64,000 nt of DNA from Bacillota bacterium (GCA_023435705.1 JAEYRH010000005.1:110114-174113), one strand, 5' to 3'; counted from the first letter of the stretch, positions 13,654 to 23,446 are shown. The notes: a model not told the origin generated them from the sequence alone. Translations and numbers: made by a program.

Positions 13654-15978
13654 CTAAGCTACCATAATTTCGTATAGATGCTTTTGGAAAGAGATGAATT
13701 CACTAAATATCTGCTCTACTCCTCCAAGTGTCTCAACTGCATCATGGATTGATTGGTACTTTAATACAAGTAGTTTTGGTAATTTCTCTTGGTTAAGCTC
13801 ATCAATACCAGAATCAATATACTTAGATAATACAAATTCAAGAAATTCCTTGTGTTTTTCATCAAGGCCAGCGAAAATTCTGGGCGTTGCAGCCTCAACT
13901 CTTTCCTTTCTGGAAATTGGCTTAACAGCAAATGAAACAAACTCAAACACATCAAACAGATCGCTCTTCTCTGCATCAATAAGACGTTGTAGAGTTGCCA
14001 ACTCAGCAGCACCATATCCCGCATCCGTTAGTCTCTCCAAGAAAGCCTTTCGCGTTGCCGGATTCGACCAGATGGAGCGCAACTCATCTTCATTCTTGAA
14101 GAAGTCGGGCAATACTCCAAAAAGATTATGCAAAAACTCCTCAGCTGATATTGGCTTTCCATCAGCACTCAGAAATAAGGTTGAGATCATATGCTGTATT
14201 TCACGATCTTTACCATCTCGCAGTTTGATTTTTATTTTCTTCTTTTTCCCTCCTTCAGGGTCGGGGTTCTCCGGATCAGTCGGGTCTATGGGTTCCCCCG
14301 GCGTTGGTGGCGCGGGATGAGGCTCAGGCTTAGGTTCCGGCTCAAGCGGCTCACCATCCCACTCAGGGTCTAGGAAATGATGATAGGCATCGACAAAATC
14401 ATAGATAGTGAAGAATTCTTTGCCCTCGAATAGCCGTGTGCCACGCCCTATAATTTGCTTAAATTCGATGATTGTGTTGATAGGCCGCATAAGAACGATA
14501 TTACGAATATTTCGGGCATCAACACCTGTAGAAAGCTTCTGTGATGAGGTGAGGATTGTGGGTATAGTCTTGTCATTGTCGCGAAAATCCTTCAAATACT
14601 GATCACCAATCGCGCCATCTTTGGCAGTAACACGCACACAATAGAAGGGGTCTGTGCTCGTTGCATACTGATTGATCAAATCTCTGACAGCCAACGCATG
14701 GTCTTGGGTAGCACAAAAAACAATCGTCTTCTCATTTTGATTAATCTGGTCAAGAAAAATCTTAACCCTCGCAGCTTCCCTCTCCTTGATTTCTATGATC
14801 TTATTAAAATCAGGCTCCTCATATACCCGGCCTTCTTCCACTTCACCCTCAATGATATGGTCATCAGGTGTGTAAACATAATCATCAATGGTAGTTTTTA
14901 TCCGCTTCACTTTAAACGGAGTCAGGAAACCATCATTGATACCTTCCTTTAATGAGTAGATATATACAGGCTCCCCAAAGTATCTATAAGTATCAACATT
15001 GTCTTTCCTTTTCGGTGTCGCCGTTAATCCAAGCTGCACAGCAGGGGCAAAGTATTCCAGTATCCCACGCCAATTGCCCTCGTCATTAGCTCCTCCCCGG
15101 TGGCACTCGTCAATAATAATCAAATCAAAGTAATCAGCAGGGTATTCCCCGAAATAGGGTTGATTATCCTTGCCACACATAAAGGTTTGGAAGATGGTGA
15201 AGAATACATTACCGTTGGTCGGTACTCTTCCTCCTCTCTTGCTGATTTCATCGGGATTGATACGAACCAAAGCATCTTCAGGAAATGCAGAGAAATCATT
15301 AAATGCCTGGTTAGCTAGAATGTTTCTGTCTGCAAGAAATAAAACACGCGGCCTACGAGTACCATCTCGCTTCAAATTCCATTTCGTTTGAAATAGCTTC
15401 CAAGTAATTTCAAATGCAATGTGTGTTTTTCCTGTTCCTGTTGCCAATGTCAACAATATACGGTTCTTCTTCTCGGCTATTGCGGTCAATACGTTGTTTA
15501 CGGCAATTTCTTGATAATACCGAACGGGTTTTACACCTCCAATATCGTTGAAAGGTACTGAGTCAAATTTGTCTCTCCACTCGTTTTGGCTAGAGAATAT
15601 CATGTTCCATAATTCGTCTGGCGATGGGTAAGAGGCAACTACACCTTCCTTGCCTGTCTTCATGTTTATCTGGTATATCTCTTTGCCGTTGCTGGAATAT
15701 GTGTAGGCAAGACTGAGTTTATGGGCATATTCTTTTGCCTGAGCTACACCTTCTCCAACTTCCAGTTCATCACTCTTCGCCTCAATAACAGCAAGCTTTC
15801 GCCCTTGATACACAAGCACATAATCGGCAATCACAGGTTTACCACGCTTGCCCCCGGTTTGCAGCTTGCCAAGGGTAATGTGGTGTTCACGAAGAATTCT
15901 GGAACCTTCGATCACACCCCAGCCGCATTGCTTCAATTGAGGGTCTATTTGTTCGGCTCTGGTTTCAGCTTCGTTCAT
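13654..15978 (-). CDS. hsdR: Type I restriction enzyme R subunit
   Basis: 774 aa. N-terminal nuclease region AETRAEQIDPQL...VIEAKS, helicase motifs LATGTGKT and DECH, Pro/acidic linker, and an EcoEI-R-like C-terminal domain. Confidence 0.9.
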   Translation of the reverse strand: MNEAETRAEQIDPQLKQCGWGVIEGSRILREHHITLGKLQTGGKRGKPVIADYVLVYQGRKLAVIEAKSDELEVGEGVAQAKEYAHKLSLAYTYSSNGKEIYQINMKTGKEGVVASYPSPDELWNMIFSSQNEWRDKFDSVPFNDIGGVKPVRYYQEIAVNNVLTAIAEKKNRILLTLATGTGKTHIAFEITWKLFQTKWNLKRDGTRRPRVLFLADRNILANQAFNDFSAFPEDALVRINPDEISKRGGRVPTNGNVFFTIFQTFMCGKDNQPYFGEYPADYFDLIIIDECHRGGANDEGNWRGILEYFAPAVQLGLTATPKRKDNVDTYRYFGEPVYIYSLKEGINDGFLTPFKVKRIKTTIDDYVYTPDDHIIEGEVEEGRVYEEPDFNKIIEIKEREAARVKIFLDQINQNEKTIVFCATQDHALAVRDLINQYATSTDPFYCVRVTAKDGAIGDQYLKDFRDNDKTIPTILTSSQKLSTGVDARNIRNIVLMRPINTIIEFKQIIGRGTRLFEGKEFFTIYDFVDAYHHFLDPEWDGEPLEPEPKPEPHPAPPTPGEPIDPTDPENPDPEGGKKKKIKIKLRDGKDREIQHMISTLFLSADGKPISAEEFLHNLFGVLPDFFKNEDELRSIWSNPATRKAFLERLTDAGYGAAELATLQRLIDAEKSDLFDVFEFVSFAVKPISRKERVEAATPRIFAGLDEKHKEFLEFVLSKYIDSGIDELNQEKLPKLLVLKYQSIHDAVETLGGVEQIFSEFISFQKHLYEIMVA

Positions 15979-15980
15979 GG

Positions 15981-17201
15981 TTAACCTCCTGTGAGTTCAC
16001 CTTTGAAGGCTTTCTGGAGGATGGATTTCTTAAAACTATCTAGTGATCTAAGCTTTTGCTGATAACATAAACAAAGCTTTTCGCTCTCATCTTTTGCTAC
16101 ATCAAGTTTGTTGACAATAGCATCCTGCACACCCATAGGTGGGAGCGGGATTGTACTGCTCAAGATCCTTTTCGGAGCAGTATGCTTTACCATGGTTCCA
16201 GTTGCTGATTCCTTTATTGAGTTTAGGTATCTAGTTGTCTGAAGATAATAGTACAAATACCTTATGTTTATTGACGGTTTTATGTTAGCGAACCTCCCGA
16301 TTCGTTGATTGTGGAGTATGTTTTCCATTTCAATAAAAGCAGGCCTACCAAGAATTTTCATTTTTGATGATAAATCGGTCATAACAACAACAAGATCACC
16401 TTTGTCAAATAAATAGACTCTTGAATAATCACCAATACACCTTTTTGTGTTCTTCTCAGTAAAACTTAGTTTCCCATTTTCTGAGAAATTTCCTGGTGTG
16501 ATCACAATTGGGGTCTTGCCTTGGTAGTTATCTTCAAAATCTTTACTCTCAAAGGCATATCCATGCTTTATATCACAGAGACTACTTAACACCTTTTTTT
16601 CATGTTCCTCTCCCAATTTGATAAATGTTCCCTGCAAATATGTACTAAAAAACTCCCTTGCGTTATTTAGGTTCTTCTCAGCGTTTTCTTTTGCTTTGTC
16701 TATTGTAGAAAAAACCTCATCAAGAATGGTCACAATGTGCTTTTGTTCAGGGAGCGGGGGAACAGGTATAACTAAATTTCTTATTTTTTCTTGAGATATA
16801 TTAGGCTGTGCATTGCCAACAGCTTGCCGAATTAACGATTCTCTCATATTTAGAAAACAGTAGTATAGAAACTCAGGCAAAACTTCTTTGTTTGGCAGTA
16901 TCCCACATACTGCTTGGTTTGTTGCTGCTTCGAGCCTCAAAATGCCAACTTGGCCTGCTGTTGCACCGTACATTGCAACCAAAACAGTATTCTTTGGGAA
17001 TATTTTAGCAGCTGAGTTTTTCAAGCCCAACTCAGTGATGTAATAACTCGCTTCAGATATTTCTCCCTGGTTCACTTCACCACTCATGAGCCAAGGGATG
17101 GTACCCCCCTCGTAATAATCCTTATTGGACTTTAGCGGAGTCCCGCCTGCCCGTGTAATGCAGAATTGACCAATCATTTTGGTATTCCAACAATTTTTCA
17201 T
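15981..17201 (-). CDS. hsdS: Type I restriction-modification specificity subunit
   Basis: 406 aa lying between hsdM and hsdR. Two target-recognition halves separated by conserved helices (PPLPEQKHIV / PLPPMGVQDAIV). Confidence 0.85.
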   Translation of the reverse strand: MKNCWNTKMIGQFCITRAGGTPLKSNKDYYEGGTIPWLMSGEVNQGEISEASYYITELGLKNSAAKIFPKNTVLVAMYGATAGQVGILRLEAATNQAVCGILPNKEVLPEFLYYCFLNMRESLIRQAVGNAQPNISQEKIRNLVIPVPPLPEQKHIVTILDEVFSTIDKAKENAEKNLNNAREFFSTYLQGTFIKLGEEHEKKVLSSLCDIKHGYAFESKDFEDNYQGKTPIVITPGNFSENGKLSFTEKNTKRCIGDYSRVYLFDKGDLVVVMTDLSSKMKILGRPAFIEMENILHNQRIGRFANIKPSINIRYLYYYLQTTRYLNSIKESATGTMVKHTAPKRILSSTIPLPPMGVQDAIVNKLDVAKDESEKLCLCYQQKLRSLDSFKKSILQKAFKGELTGG

Positions 17202-18652
17202 AAAAGCTCCCTAATTCCACTCAAAATCTCCGCGCTCTCTTCATCCAACGCGGCAATCTCGTCCAATATCTCTTGCGGGTCTCTTAAAACTACTTCCTCT
17301 TTCCTGTTCGGGTTCTTCACCGAAAGATCGCAGCTCTCTTTATTTACACCCCCTATTTGCACAGTCCATGAATTCACAGAATCGGCCTTTGTTTTCTGCA
17401 ACTCCACAAACTCTGCTAAATCCGCTTCACTCAGCGGCGCGGTCTTGCCTAAGTTTCTATCCAGATTTAATTGATAGTACCAAATACTCCTTGTTGGTGC
17501 ACCCTTCTGGAAGAATAACACCACAGTCTTTACCCCTGCCCCGGCGAACACCCCACCGGGCAAATCAAGCACTGTATGCAGATTGCAGCTATCCAACAGC
17601 TGCCTCCTCAAGCTTACCGAAGCATTGTCTGTATTTGACAAAAAAGTGTTCTTAATAACAATACCAGCACTGCCCCCAGCTCTCAGAATTTTGATAAAAT
17701 GCTGCAAAAACAAAAAGGCAGTTTCCCCGGTCTTGATGGGGAAATTTTGCTGAACCTCAGCCCGTTCTTTCCCACCAAATGGAGGGTTTGCCAATACTAT
17801 ATCGTAACGGTCTTTTTCTTGTATGTCCGAAAGGTTTTCAGATAGTGTATTCGTGTGCTGAATATTTGGAGCCTCAATACCATGTAATATCATGTTCATT
17901 GTGCCGATGATATACGCCAATGACTTTTTTTCTTTCCCATAGAAAGTGCATTTTTGAAGGGCTTCCATATCACTGGTAGATAATGTTTTGCTTGCCTTCA
18001 GATATTCGAATGCTTCCACAAGGAATCCAGCTGAGCCAACAGCACCATCGTATATTTTGTTGCCAATGAGAGGTGCAACAACCTTAACAATCGTCCTGAT
18101 AAGAGGCCGGGGGGTGTAGTATTCACCGCCGTTACGCCCCGCATTGCCCATATTTTGTATCTTGCCTTCATACAGGTGAGACATTTCATGTTTTTCTGCA
18201 TGGGAGCGAAAACGCAATCCGTCAATCATATTGAGGATTTCCCGCATGTTATAACCACTTTGGATTTTGTTTTTTAGCTCATTGAATATTTCACCTATTT
18301 TGTACTCTATTGTGTCAGGGCTTTCGGCCTCAGTTTTGAATTTCTTGAGGTAGGGGAAGAGCTTGAGATCAACAAAATCTTTTAAGTCATCGCCAGTAAG
18401 TGCCTTATGGTAATCCACCTTACCGTCAGAGTCCTTTGGCACAGCCCATGTTTCCCACTTATACTCAGAGATAATTATATCCGAGTACGTTTTGCCGGTT
18501 AACAACGCAGCCATTTTCCGGTCTTTTTCTAAGTCATCAAGGTATTTTAAGAAGAGTATCCATGATGTTTGCTCTACATAATCAAGCTCGCTGCTGCATC
18601 CTGCATCTTTATGAAGAATATCATCAATGTTCTTGAAAGTCTGTTCGAACAT
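17198..18652 (-). CDS. hsdM: Type I R-M N6-adenine DNA methyltransferase subunit
   Basis: 484 aa with an HsdM N-terminal domain, AdoMet motif YDGAVGSAGFL, and catalytic VLANPPFGG. 4-nt overlap with hsdS. Confidence 0.9.
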   Translation of the reverse strand: MFEQTFKNIDDILHKDAGCSSELDYVEQTSWILFLKYLDDLEKDRKMAALLTGKTYSDIIISEYKWETWAVPKDSDGKVDYHKALTGDDLKDFVDLKLFPYLKKFKTEAESPDTIEYKIGEIFNELKNKIQSGYNMREILNMIDGLRFRSHAEKHEMSHLYEGKIQNMGNAGRNGGEYYTPRPLIRTIVKVVAPLIGNKIYDGAVGSAGFLVEAFEYLKASKTLSTSDMEALQKCTFYGKEKKSLAYIIGTMNMILHGIEAPNIQHTNTLSENLSDIQEKDRYDIVLANPPFGGKERAEVQQNFPIKTGETAFLFLQHFIKILRAGGSAGIVIKNTFLSNTDNASVSLRRQLLDSCNLHTVLDLPGGVFAGAGVKTVVLFFQKGAPTRSIWYYQLNLDRNLGKTAPLSEADLAEFVELQKTKADSVNSWTVQIGGVNKESCDLSVKNPNRKEEVVLRDPQEILDEIAALDEESAEILSGIRELL

Positions 18653-18698
18653 AGTGTCTCCTTATAATTCACAATCTGACAATAACAATGCTTTTTGT

Positions 18699-18727
18699 AT
18701 TATAACATGGTATTCACTTTATGCGAA
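18699..18727 (-). promoter_or_regulatory. promoter of hsdMSR (extended -10)
   Basis: Minus strand reads TTCGCA, a 17-nt spacer, then TGT-TATAAT. RBS AAGGAGA precedes the hsdM ATG. Confidence 0.45.
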
Positions 18728-19101
18728 GTTTATCATTAATTGGTAGATGTTTCTATGCAGTTAACCACAGTCTAGAGAATTCGGCCAATATAGAATTTTT
18801 ACAAATCGCGCGTGCCCCCCAGCGTCTAAGAGGTAGGGGCAGGGCATCTCCCCCTGCCCCCCAATAGGGGATAGGGGGTACTCATACTAGACAGAAAGGC
18901 AGGGGATTGCTCCCGCTGCCCTTGCTCACTGCTCTTGATACGACATCCCCCAAAACTGCACGTTTACGGGATGTATTCAGCTATGTATGAGCCGCTGCAA
19001 TCGCATCATCATCTTTCGGTAGGGTCAATCATGCAGCACATATATTATGCGGTAATAGCGGCCTATTTGAGCCCAAATTGTTACCGGAATAATACACTGA
19101 G

Positions 19102-19332
19102 CTATTCGGCGTTTTGTCTTGTTTTTCGCTTTCTCCTTTCAAATCTGCGGCACGAAATCAACGCAGCCCGATAACTCATCTTGCAATCACCCTTGCACTT
19201 CAAGCATAACTTGTTGTATCGAATCCTACCATGTTCGCCAATCCAGTACTGCCACTCCTCAAAACGTTTCTTCGACATTCTAGGCAATAAACATGCCCTC
19301 CATTTCATTATCTGGAAGGAATACCCCTGCAT
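19102..19332 (-). CDS. hypothetical small basic Cys-containing protein (island)
   Basis: 76-aa ORF (...RFEEWQYWIGEHGRIRYNKLCLKCKGDCK...). No convincing RBS at any in-frame ATG. Confidence 0.3.
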   Translation of the reverse strand: MQGYSFQIMKWRACLLPRMSKKRFEEWQYWIGEHGRIRYNKLCLKCKGDCKMSYRAALISCRRFERRKRKTRQNAE

Positions 19333-19630
19333 ATGCTATCTTCTGCTGAAGTACCACATATAAGGGTATCAGGTTGCGGTAATGCTCTGGCTATTCGCAA
19401 TAGCCCAAGCCTTTAGCGCGTGTGGAAAATCCCATACTGTGAGTGTGTCATTTTACATATTCAGCCCCTGTTCGGATTCTATCCCCATTGGAAAAGCACA
19501 CATTCATTTGTCCGGTGAATAATGCCTTGTACCCGGCATGTTTACTGAAGCCTCTCCTCCCCGGCATATTCAACCCCATAATGGCATCTGGAATATGTAA
19601 AACCACTCATCCTTTATATATCTACCAGCC

Positions 19631-20083
19631 TCAGTTGTCGAAAGCATCGCTTCTGGGAGCCAGTTTCCCAACATGCGGCCTCAATTCATCCTTTGGTATA
19701 GCGAATCCTGGAGTTCCGTAGTCCTTCCATCGTTCAGAAAATCCGTAGATTGACACTTCCCTTGTGTTGAATCCACTCCTGACACATTTCAAGAATCCAT
19801 GGCTAATTAGTGCATCCATATTGCTTCGAAATGTCCTCAAATCCCCATATAAGCTCTCGGCCTCGCTCTTTGGCATGGAGATATCGTTCTGTGTAGTTGT
19901 GCCATTACTCCTTTTTGAGAATTTCTTTTTGAGCTCGGTATACAGTCCACGTTGTGCAAGTTTCAAGCTTTTCCATGCGGGGGAATCCATCATATCCTCA
20001 GCCAACCTAACAAATCTCCCCCGGTCTTTCTTGCTCTCGAACGAATAGAATAGTTGTTCATTCTTCTTCTTGCCACCAGCCAC
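19631..20083 (-). CDS. hypothetical island protein, possibly winged-helix DNA-binding/replication-initiator-like
   Basis: 150 aa with a GTG start 15 nt after the Xis-like stop. The pattern FVRLAEDMMDSPAWKSLKLAQRGLYTELKKKF resembles wHTH proteins of small integrative elements, recalled from memory only. Confidence 0.45.
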   Translation of the reverse strand: MAGGKKKNEQLFYSFESKKDRGRFVRLAEDMMDSPAWKSLKLAQRGLYTELKKKFSKRSNGTTTQNDISMPKSEAESLYGDLRTFRSNMDALISHGFLKCVRSGFNTREVSIYGFSERWKDYGTPGFAIPKDELRPHVGKLAPRSDAFDN

Positions 20084-20098
20084 TACTTCACCGCCAGT

Positions 20099-20368
20099 TC
20101 ATCCGTCTACCCGCCTGATACCTTGAGCTTGCCCCTGCTGATTCTCGTACACATTGGCAAGCATCAATTCCTCCACCCTTGCTTTAACAAGTTCAGTTTC
20201 CACTACCCATCTACCCCTTGCCCCACCAATCTTGTAACCTGGAAATTTCCCCGATCGAAGACCAACGTAAAGTTCATGCGGTCTCATTCCTAGGATTGGA
20301 GCCGCTTCACGCCAGAGCATACGCAATATTGCTTCTCCCTTCCGATGATTTGTTACTTCTCCTTCCAA
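20099..20368 (-). CDS. excisionase-type helix-turn-helix (MerR-like HTH_17) protein
   Basis: MLWREAAPILGMRPHELYVGLRSGKFPGYKIGGARGRWVV pattern. The true start may be the internal Met at 20320. Confidence 0.6.
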   Translation of the reverse strand: MEGEVTNHRKGEAILRMLWREAAPILGMRPHELYVGLRSGKFPGYKIGGARGRWVVETELVKARVEELMLANVYENQQGQAQGIRRVDG

Positions 20369-20634
20369 TTGTTTTATGCAATAGGGTTATATCACAGATA
20401 ATCTGTGCAAAAATATCTCTTTAATAAATTTTTAATATTATATAAGCAATCTGCGCTAACACTAACGCACATTAACGACTACTAACGCATACTATAAATT
20501 TGAATATTTATATAATATGTCCAATTATGGACAATTCATTTTGGAATTAATAGCAAAGTCTATTCAAGAGGTCGGAGTACACATTATGTTTACATGCACC
20601 ATTTTTTTGTGTATACTAGTAATGGAGGAAGAAT

Positions 20635-21195
20635 ATGAATACCTTTTGTGAAAACCTAAAACAAGCAAGGATCAAGAAGTGTCTTACTCAGAAACAATTG
20701 GCTGATAAACTAGGAATCAATAAGCAAGCTATATGTAATTATGAGAAGGGGCGAAGGTATCCCGAATTTGATTTACTCTGTTCAATTGCAGACATTCTAG
20801 AGACATCGGTTGATTATTTGCTTGGTAGAGCGAAGTATGAGCGAATTGAACTTGTAGAGCTTAGCCAAAGAAGCGGATTTAGTGTACAGGCTATAAACAA
20901 ACTAGATGATGCTAGGCGATTTGAGTATAATCATGTTCTTAGCCGCTTTTTTGAGTCTAGCCAGTTTCTTGAATTTTTGAAGTATAGTAAATTCTTCATT
21001 GAAAGTAAGCCTGTGAAACCAGACTATAGGAATGGTCAAATTGTTGCAGTTCATCTGGATATTGAAAAGGAAAAAAGAGGATTCTATGATAATGCTAGTG
21101 AACAAGCGCTCACTAAAGTCCTGGAATATAAGTTCCTTGCTATCCTAAAAGATTCAAGAGAGAGACACGAGAGTGAGATAAACACGAATATGTAA
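20635..21195 (+). CDS. XRE-family HTH transcriptional regulator
   Basis: LKQARIKKCLTQKQLADKLGINKQAICNYEKGRRYPEFDLLCSIADILETSVDYLLGR, plus a C-terminal extra domain. Confidence 0.85.
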   Translation: MNTFCENLKQARIKKCLTQKQLADKLGINKQAICNYEKGRRYPEFDLLCSIADILETSVDYLLGRAKYERIELVELSQRSGFSVQAINKLDDARRFEYNHVLSRFFESSQFLEFLKYSKFFIESKPVKPDYRNGQIVAVHLDIEKEKRGFYDNASEQALTKVLEYKFLAILKDSRERHESEINTNM

Positions 21196-21214
21196 TGCAA
21201 GGGGGCTAACAAAC

Positions 21215-22477
21215 ATGGCATCAATAAAGCAACGTGGCAATGGCTATCAGATAACTGTATCATGTGGCTATTCTTCCGATGGTAAAAAGATAGTTAAAAC
21301 AACAACCTGGACACCTCCCGATGGCCTCACCCCCCGGCAGGTTGATAAGGCACTAGAGCAAGCTACTGCCGAATACGAGAAGAAAGTAAAGACAGGGCAA
21401 TTCATGGATGACAATATCACCCTGTCCGAATACACAGACCGATGGCTTACCGAATATGCGGAAAAGCATCTGGAAGAAACCACCCTGTATTCTTACCGGA
21501 TGGCTCTAGATTCCAAGATACTCCCTGCTTTGGGTCATATCCGGCTTGGTAAGCTCCAACCTGTCCAGATTCTTTCTTTCCTCAATAACCTCTTGGAGGA
21601 TGGAGTGCGGAAGGATGGAAAGGCCGGGGGCTACAGCAATCGAACCGTGAAGTATATGCATCAAATCCTATCCTCCATGCTCCAACAAGCTGTATATTGG
21701 CAAATCATCCCCTCCAACCCCTGCGAAAGGGTGAAGCCCCCGGCGAAGAAAGACCTAGGAAAGGGTAAGCTGAAGCATTTCACGGAAGAACAGGCTATCC
21801 GATTCCTTGAAGCCGTACAGGGAGAAGAAACAAAGTACCAACTGCTTGCTTACATCGGTATTTTCGGGGGATCGCGCAAGGGTGAAATGCTTGGCCTAAC
21901 ATGGGATGATGTTGATTTGGAAAAGGGTATGCTGAATATAGACAAAGCCGGAACATACACCCCCGAAAAGGGGCTATTTATCAAAGATACCAAGAATCAT
22001 GGCTCCACACGCTGTATAAGCCTCCCAGATAACGTTCTAGCCTTATTGAAGCAACACAAGCGGGAACAGGCTGAACAGCGTATGAAGCTCGGAGAGCTTT
22101 GGCAAAACAACAATCTAGTATTCACCCAATGGAACGGCATGCAGATGCACACTTCCACTCCCCGGCAATGGATGAACCGGTTCATATCAAAGTACAATGA
22201 TGGAGTAACCAAATCCGATACCATTACGGACAAAGAGAAAGAGGCTATGAAGCTTCCAGCTATCCCCTTCCATGGACTGCGGCATACATCGGCAACACTA
22301 CTGATTGCCAGCAACACCGATATACGAACGGTGTCTGCCCGCCTCGGTCATGCTCAAACCTCGACCACGATGAATATTTACTCCCATGCATTGCAAAACT
22401 CAGACAGGAAAGCGGCTGATACTCTCCAAACTCTACTCGGAAAGAGGAAAGACAATCAGGAGAAACAGGTTGAATAA
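21215..22477 (+). CDS. int: tyrosine-type site-specific integrase
   Basis: 420 aa. N-terminal SAM-like region IKQRGNGYQITV, catalytic region GSRKGEMLGL, FHGLRHTSATLL, LGHAQTSTTMNIYSH. Ends 130 nt before tRNA-Arg. Confidence 0.9.
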   Translation: MASIKQRGNGYQITVSCGYSSDGKKIVKTTTWTPPDGLTPRQVDKALEQATAEYEKKVKTGQFMDDNITLSEYTDRWLTEYAEKHLEETTLYSYRMALDSKILPALGHIRLGKLQPVQILSFLNNLLEDGVRKDGKAGGYSNRTVKYMHQILSSMLQQAVYWQIIPSNPCERVKPPAKKDLGKGKLKHFTEEQAIRFLEAVQGEETKYQLLAYIGIFGGSRKGEMLGLTWDDVDLEKGMLNIDKAGTYTPEKGLFIKDTKNHGSTRCISLPDNVLALLKQHKREQAEQRMKLGELWQNNNLVFTQWNGMQMHTSTPRQWMNRFISKYNDGVTKSDTITDKEKEAMKLPAIPFHGLRHTSATLLIASNTDIRTVSARLGHAQTSTTMNIYSHALQNSDRKAADTLQTLLGKRKDNQEKQVE

Positions 22478-22518
22478 TGGACTCTTGAATGCCATTCAAG
22501 ACACGATTTCGAGAGAAT

Positions 22519-22540
22519 AGTAGCCAAACAGTAGCCAAAC
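22519..22540 (+). repeat. tandem 11-mers AGTAGCCAAAC x2 (candidate arm-type sites), right arm
   Basis: Perfect tandem copies at 22519-22529 and 22530-22540, between the int stop and the att repeat. Same 8-mer core as 13501-13558. Confidence 0.5.
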
Positions 22541-22572
22541 GCGATATTATGACAACATCAAGCGAAAATAAA

Positions 22573-22602
22573 AACCCTAGGAACCGCGTAATTCCTAGGG
22601 TT
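22573..22602 (-). terminator. island-borne terminator now serving tRNA-Arg
   Basis: Stem aaccctagg/cctagggtt, followed on the minus strand by TTTTTATTTTCG. Confidence 0.65.
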
Positions 22603-22653
22603 TTTGTGGCGTGCCCGAAAGGATTCGAACCTTCGACCTCTTGATTCGTAGTC
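22600..22653. repeat. att direct repeat (right), inside the functional tRNA-Arg
   Basis: 54 bp identical to 13371-13424. Confidence 0.9.
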
Positions 22654-22683
22654 AAGCACTCTATCCAACTGAGCTACGGGCAC
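22607..22683 (-). tRNA. tRNA-Arg(ACG)
   Basis: GTGCCCGTAGCTCAGTTGGATAGAGTGCTTGACTACGAATCAAGAGGTCGAAGGTTCGAATCCTTTCGGGCACGCCA. Anticodon loop is CTACGAA. Confidence 0.92.
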
Positions 22684-22830
22684 ACGCCATATTGCTGTGA
22701 CAGTATACGGCATCGAGCGGGATTTGTCAACGACTTTACCTGGAATGATCAGAATGTTCAAGAGAATCATCCATGTCGCATGTTCTCTCTCATTTGTTAT
22801 AATATCCCAACGGAGCATTTGGAGGTTACA

Positions 22831-23439
22831 ATGGGAGTCATCGCATTCACAGGCGCAGGCATCTCCGCCGCCTCAGGCATCCCGACCTTTGAAGAGCTGG
22901 GCGAGAGCTTCCGCAGGAGCCTGAGCCGCAGTGTTTTCCTGGCGGATCCGGATCGCTTTTATCTCAATGTCTTGAAGTTGAAGCATTCCTGCGAAAAAGC
23001 CATGCCAAACCCAGCCCACCTGGCATTGGCGCAGCATGACATACCAGTGATCACAATGAACATCGACGGCTTGCACAAACGGGCCGGCTCAAATCGCCTG
23101 ATAGAAGTCCATGGCAACCTGGAGCAGGTGCGATGCAAGTGGTGCAACACAGCATACCCGTTTTCACAAGTAGAGCATGGCAGCCGGTGCCCGGCATGCG
23201 GAGGGCTGCTACTGCACGACATTGTGCTGTATGAAGACCAAATCCCACGGCTTAATGAAGCATTGGCGCGTGTGGAGGGGCCGGGGACACTCCTTGTGAT
23301 TGGAACGAGTTTCTACACCTCCACCGCAAGCTATTTGGTGGATCGCGCCAGAGCAGCGGGGCGGGAGATCGTTGTCATCAATGAAAAGGCGGAGACCGAA
23401 GTCCCCGCCCTGTTGCGAGCTGCTAAACGATTTGATTGA
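22831..23439 (+). CDS. cobB: NAD-dependent protein deacylase (short Sir2/CobB-type sirtuin)
   Basis: 202 aa from the ATG at 22831 (RBS GGAGG). Motifs FTGAGISAASGIPTF, MNIDGLH, EVHG, Zn ribbon CKWC...CPACGG, and LVIGTS. Confidence 0.8.
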   Translation: MGVIAFTGAGISAASGIPTFEELGESFRRSLSRSVFLADPDRFYLNVLKLKHSCEKAMPNPAHLALAQHDIPVITMNIDGLHKRAGSNRLIEVHGNLEQVRCKWCNTAYPFSQVEHGSRCPACGGLLLHDIVLYEDQIPRLNEALARVEGPGTLLVIGTSFYTSTASYLVDRARAAGREIVVINEKAETEVPALLRAAKRFD

Positions 23440-23446
23440 TTCCTGA

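Larger units (their letters stand above)
13371..22653. mobile_element. ~9.3-kb integrative genomic island in tRNA-Arg(ACG) carrying a Type I R-M system
   Basis: Perfect 54-bp direct repeats at both ends. Tyrosine integrase lies next to the intact tRNA, with Xis-like and XRE genes. AT-rich against GC-rich flanks. No relaxase, conjugation or capsid genes seen. Confidence 0.85.

Noticed and set aside
13424-13654. 76-aa ORF at the island's left end
   Set aside because: It is Arg-rich and made up of the CG-alternating tracts and arm-type repeats. It has no RBS and is more plausibly a non-coding recombination arm.
18771-18782. Adjacent XbaI and EcoRI sites (tctagagaattc) as a hint of cloning-vector contamination
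   Set aside because: There is no other polylinker, vector backbone or marker sequence nearby. The context is continuous AT-rich island DNA between the hsdM promoter and island genes, so this is judged coincidental.
22831-23439. Sir2-domain protein next to an integration hotspot as an anti-phage effector (Thoeris/DSR-like)
   Set aside because: It lies outside the att repeats. It is a compact 202-aa canonical sirtuin with a Zn ribbon and catalytic His, with no partner gene (ThsB/TIR) and no extra effector or sensor domain. It is best read as a housekeeping CobB-type deacylase.
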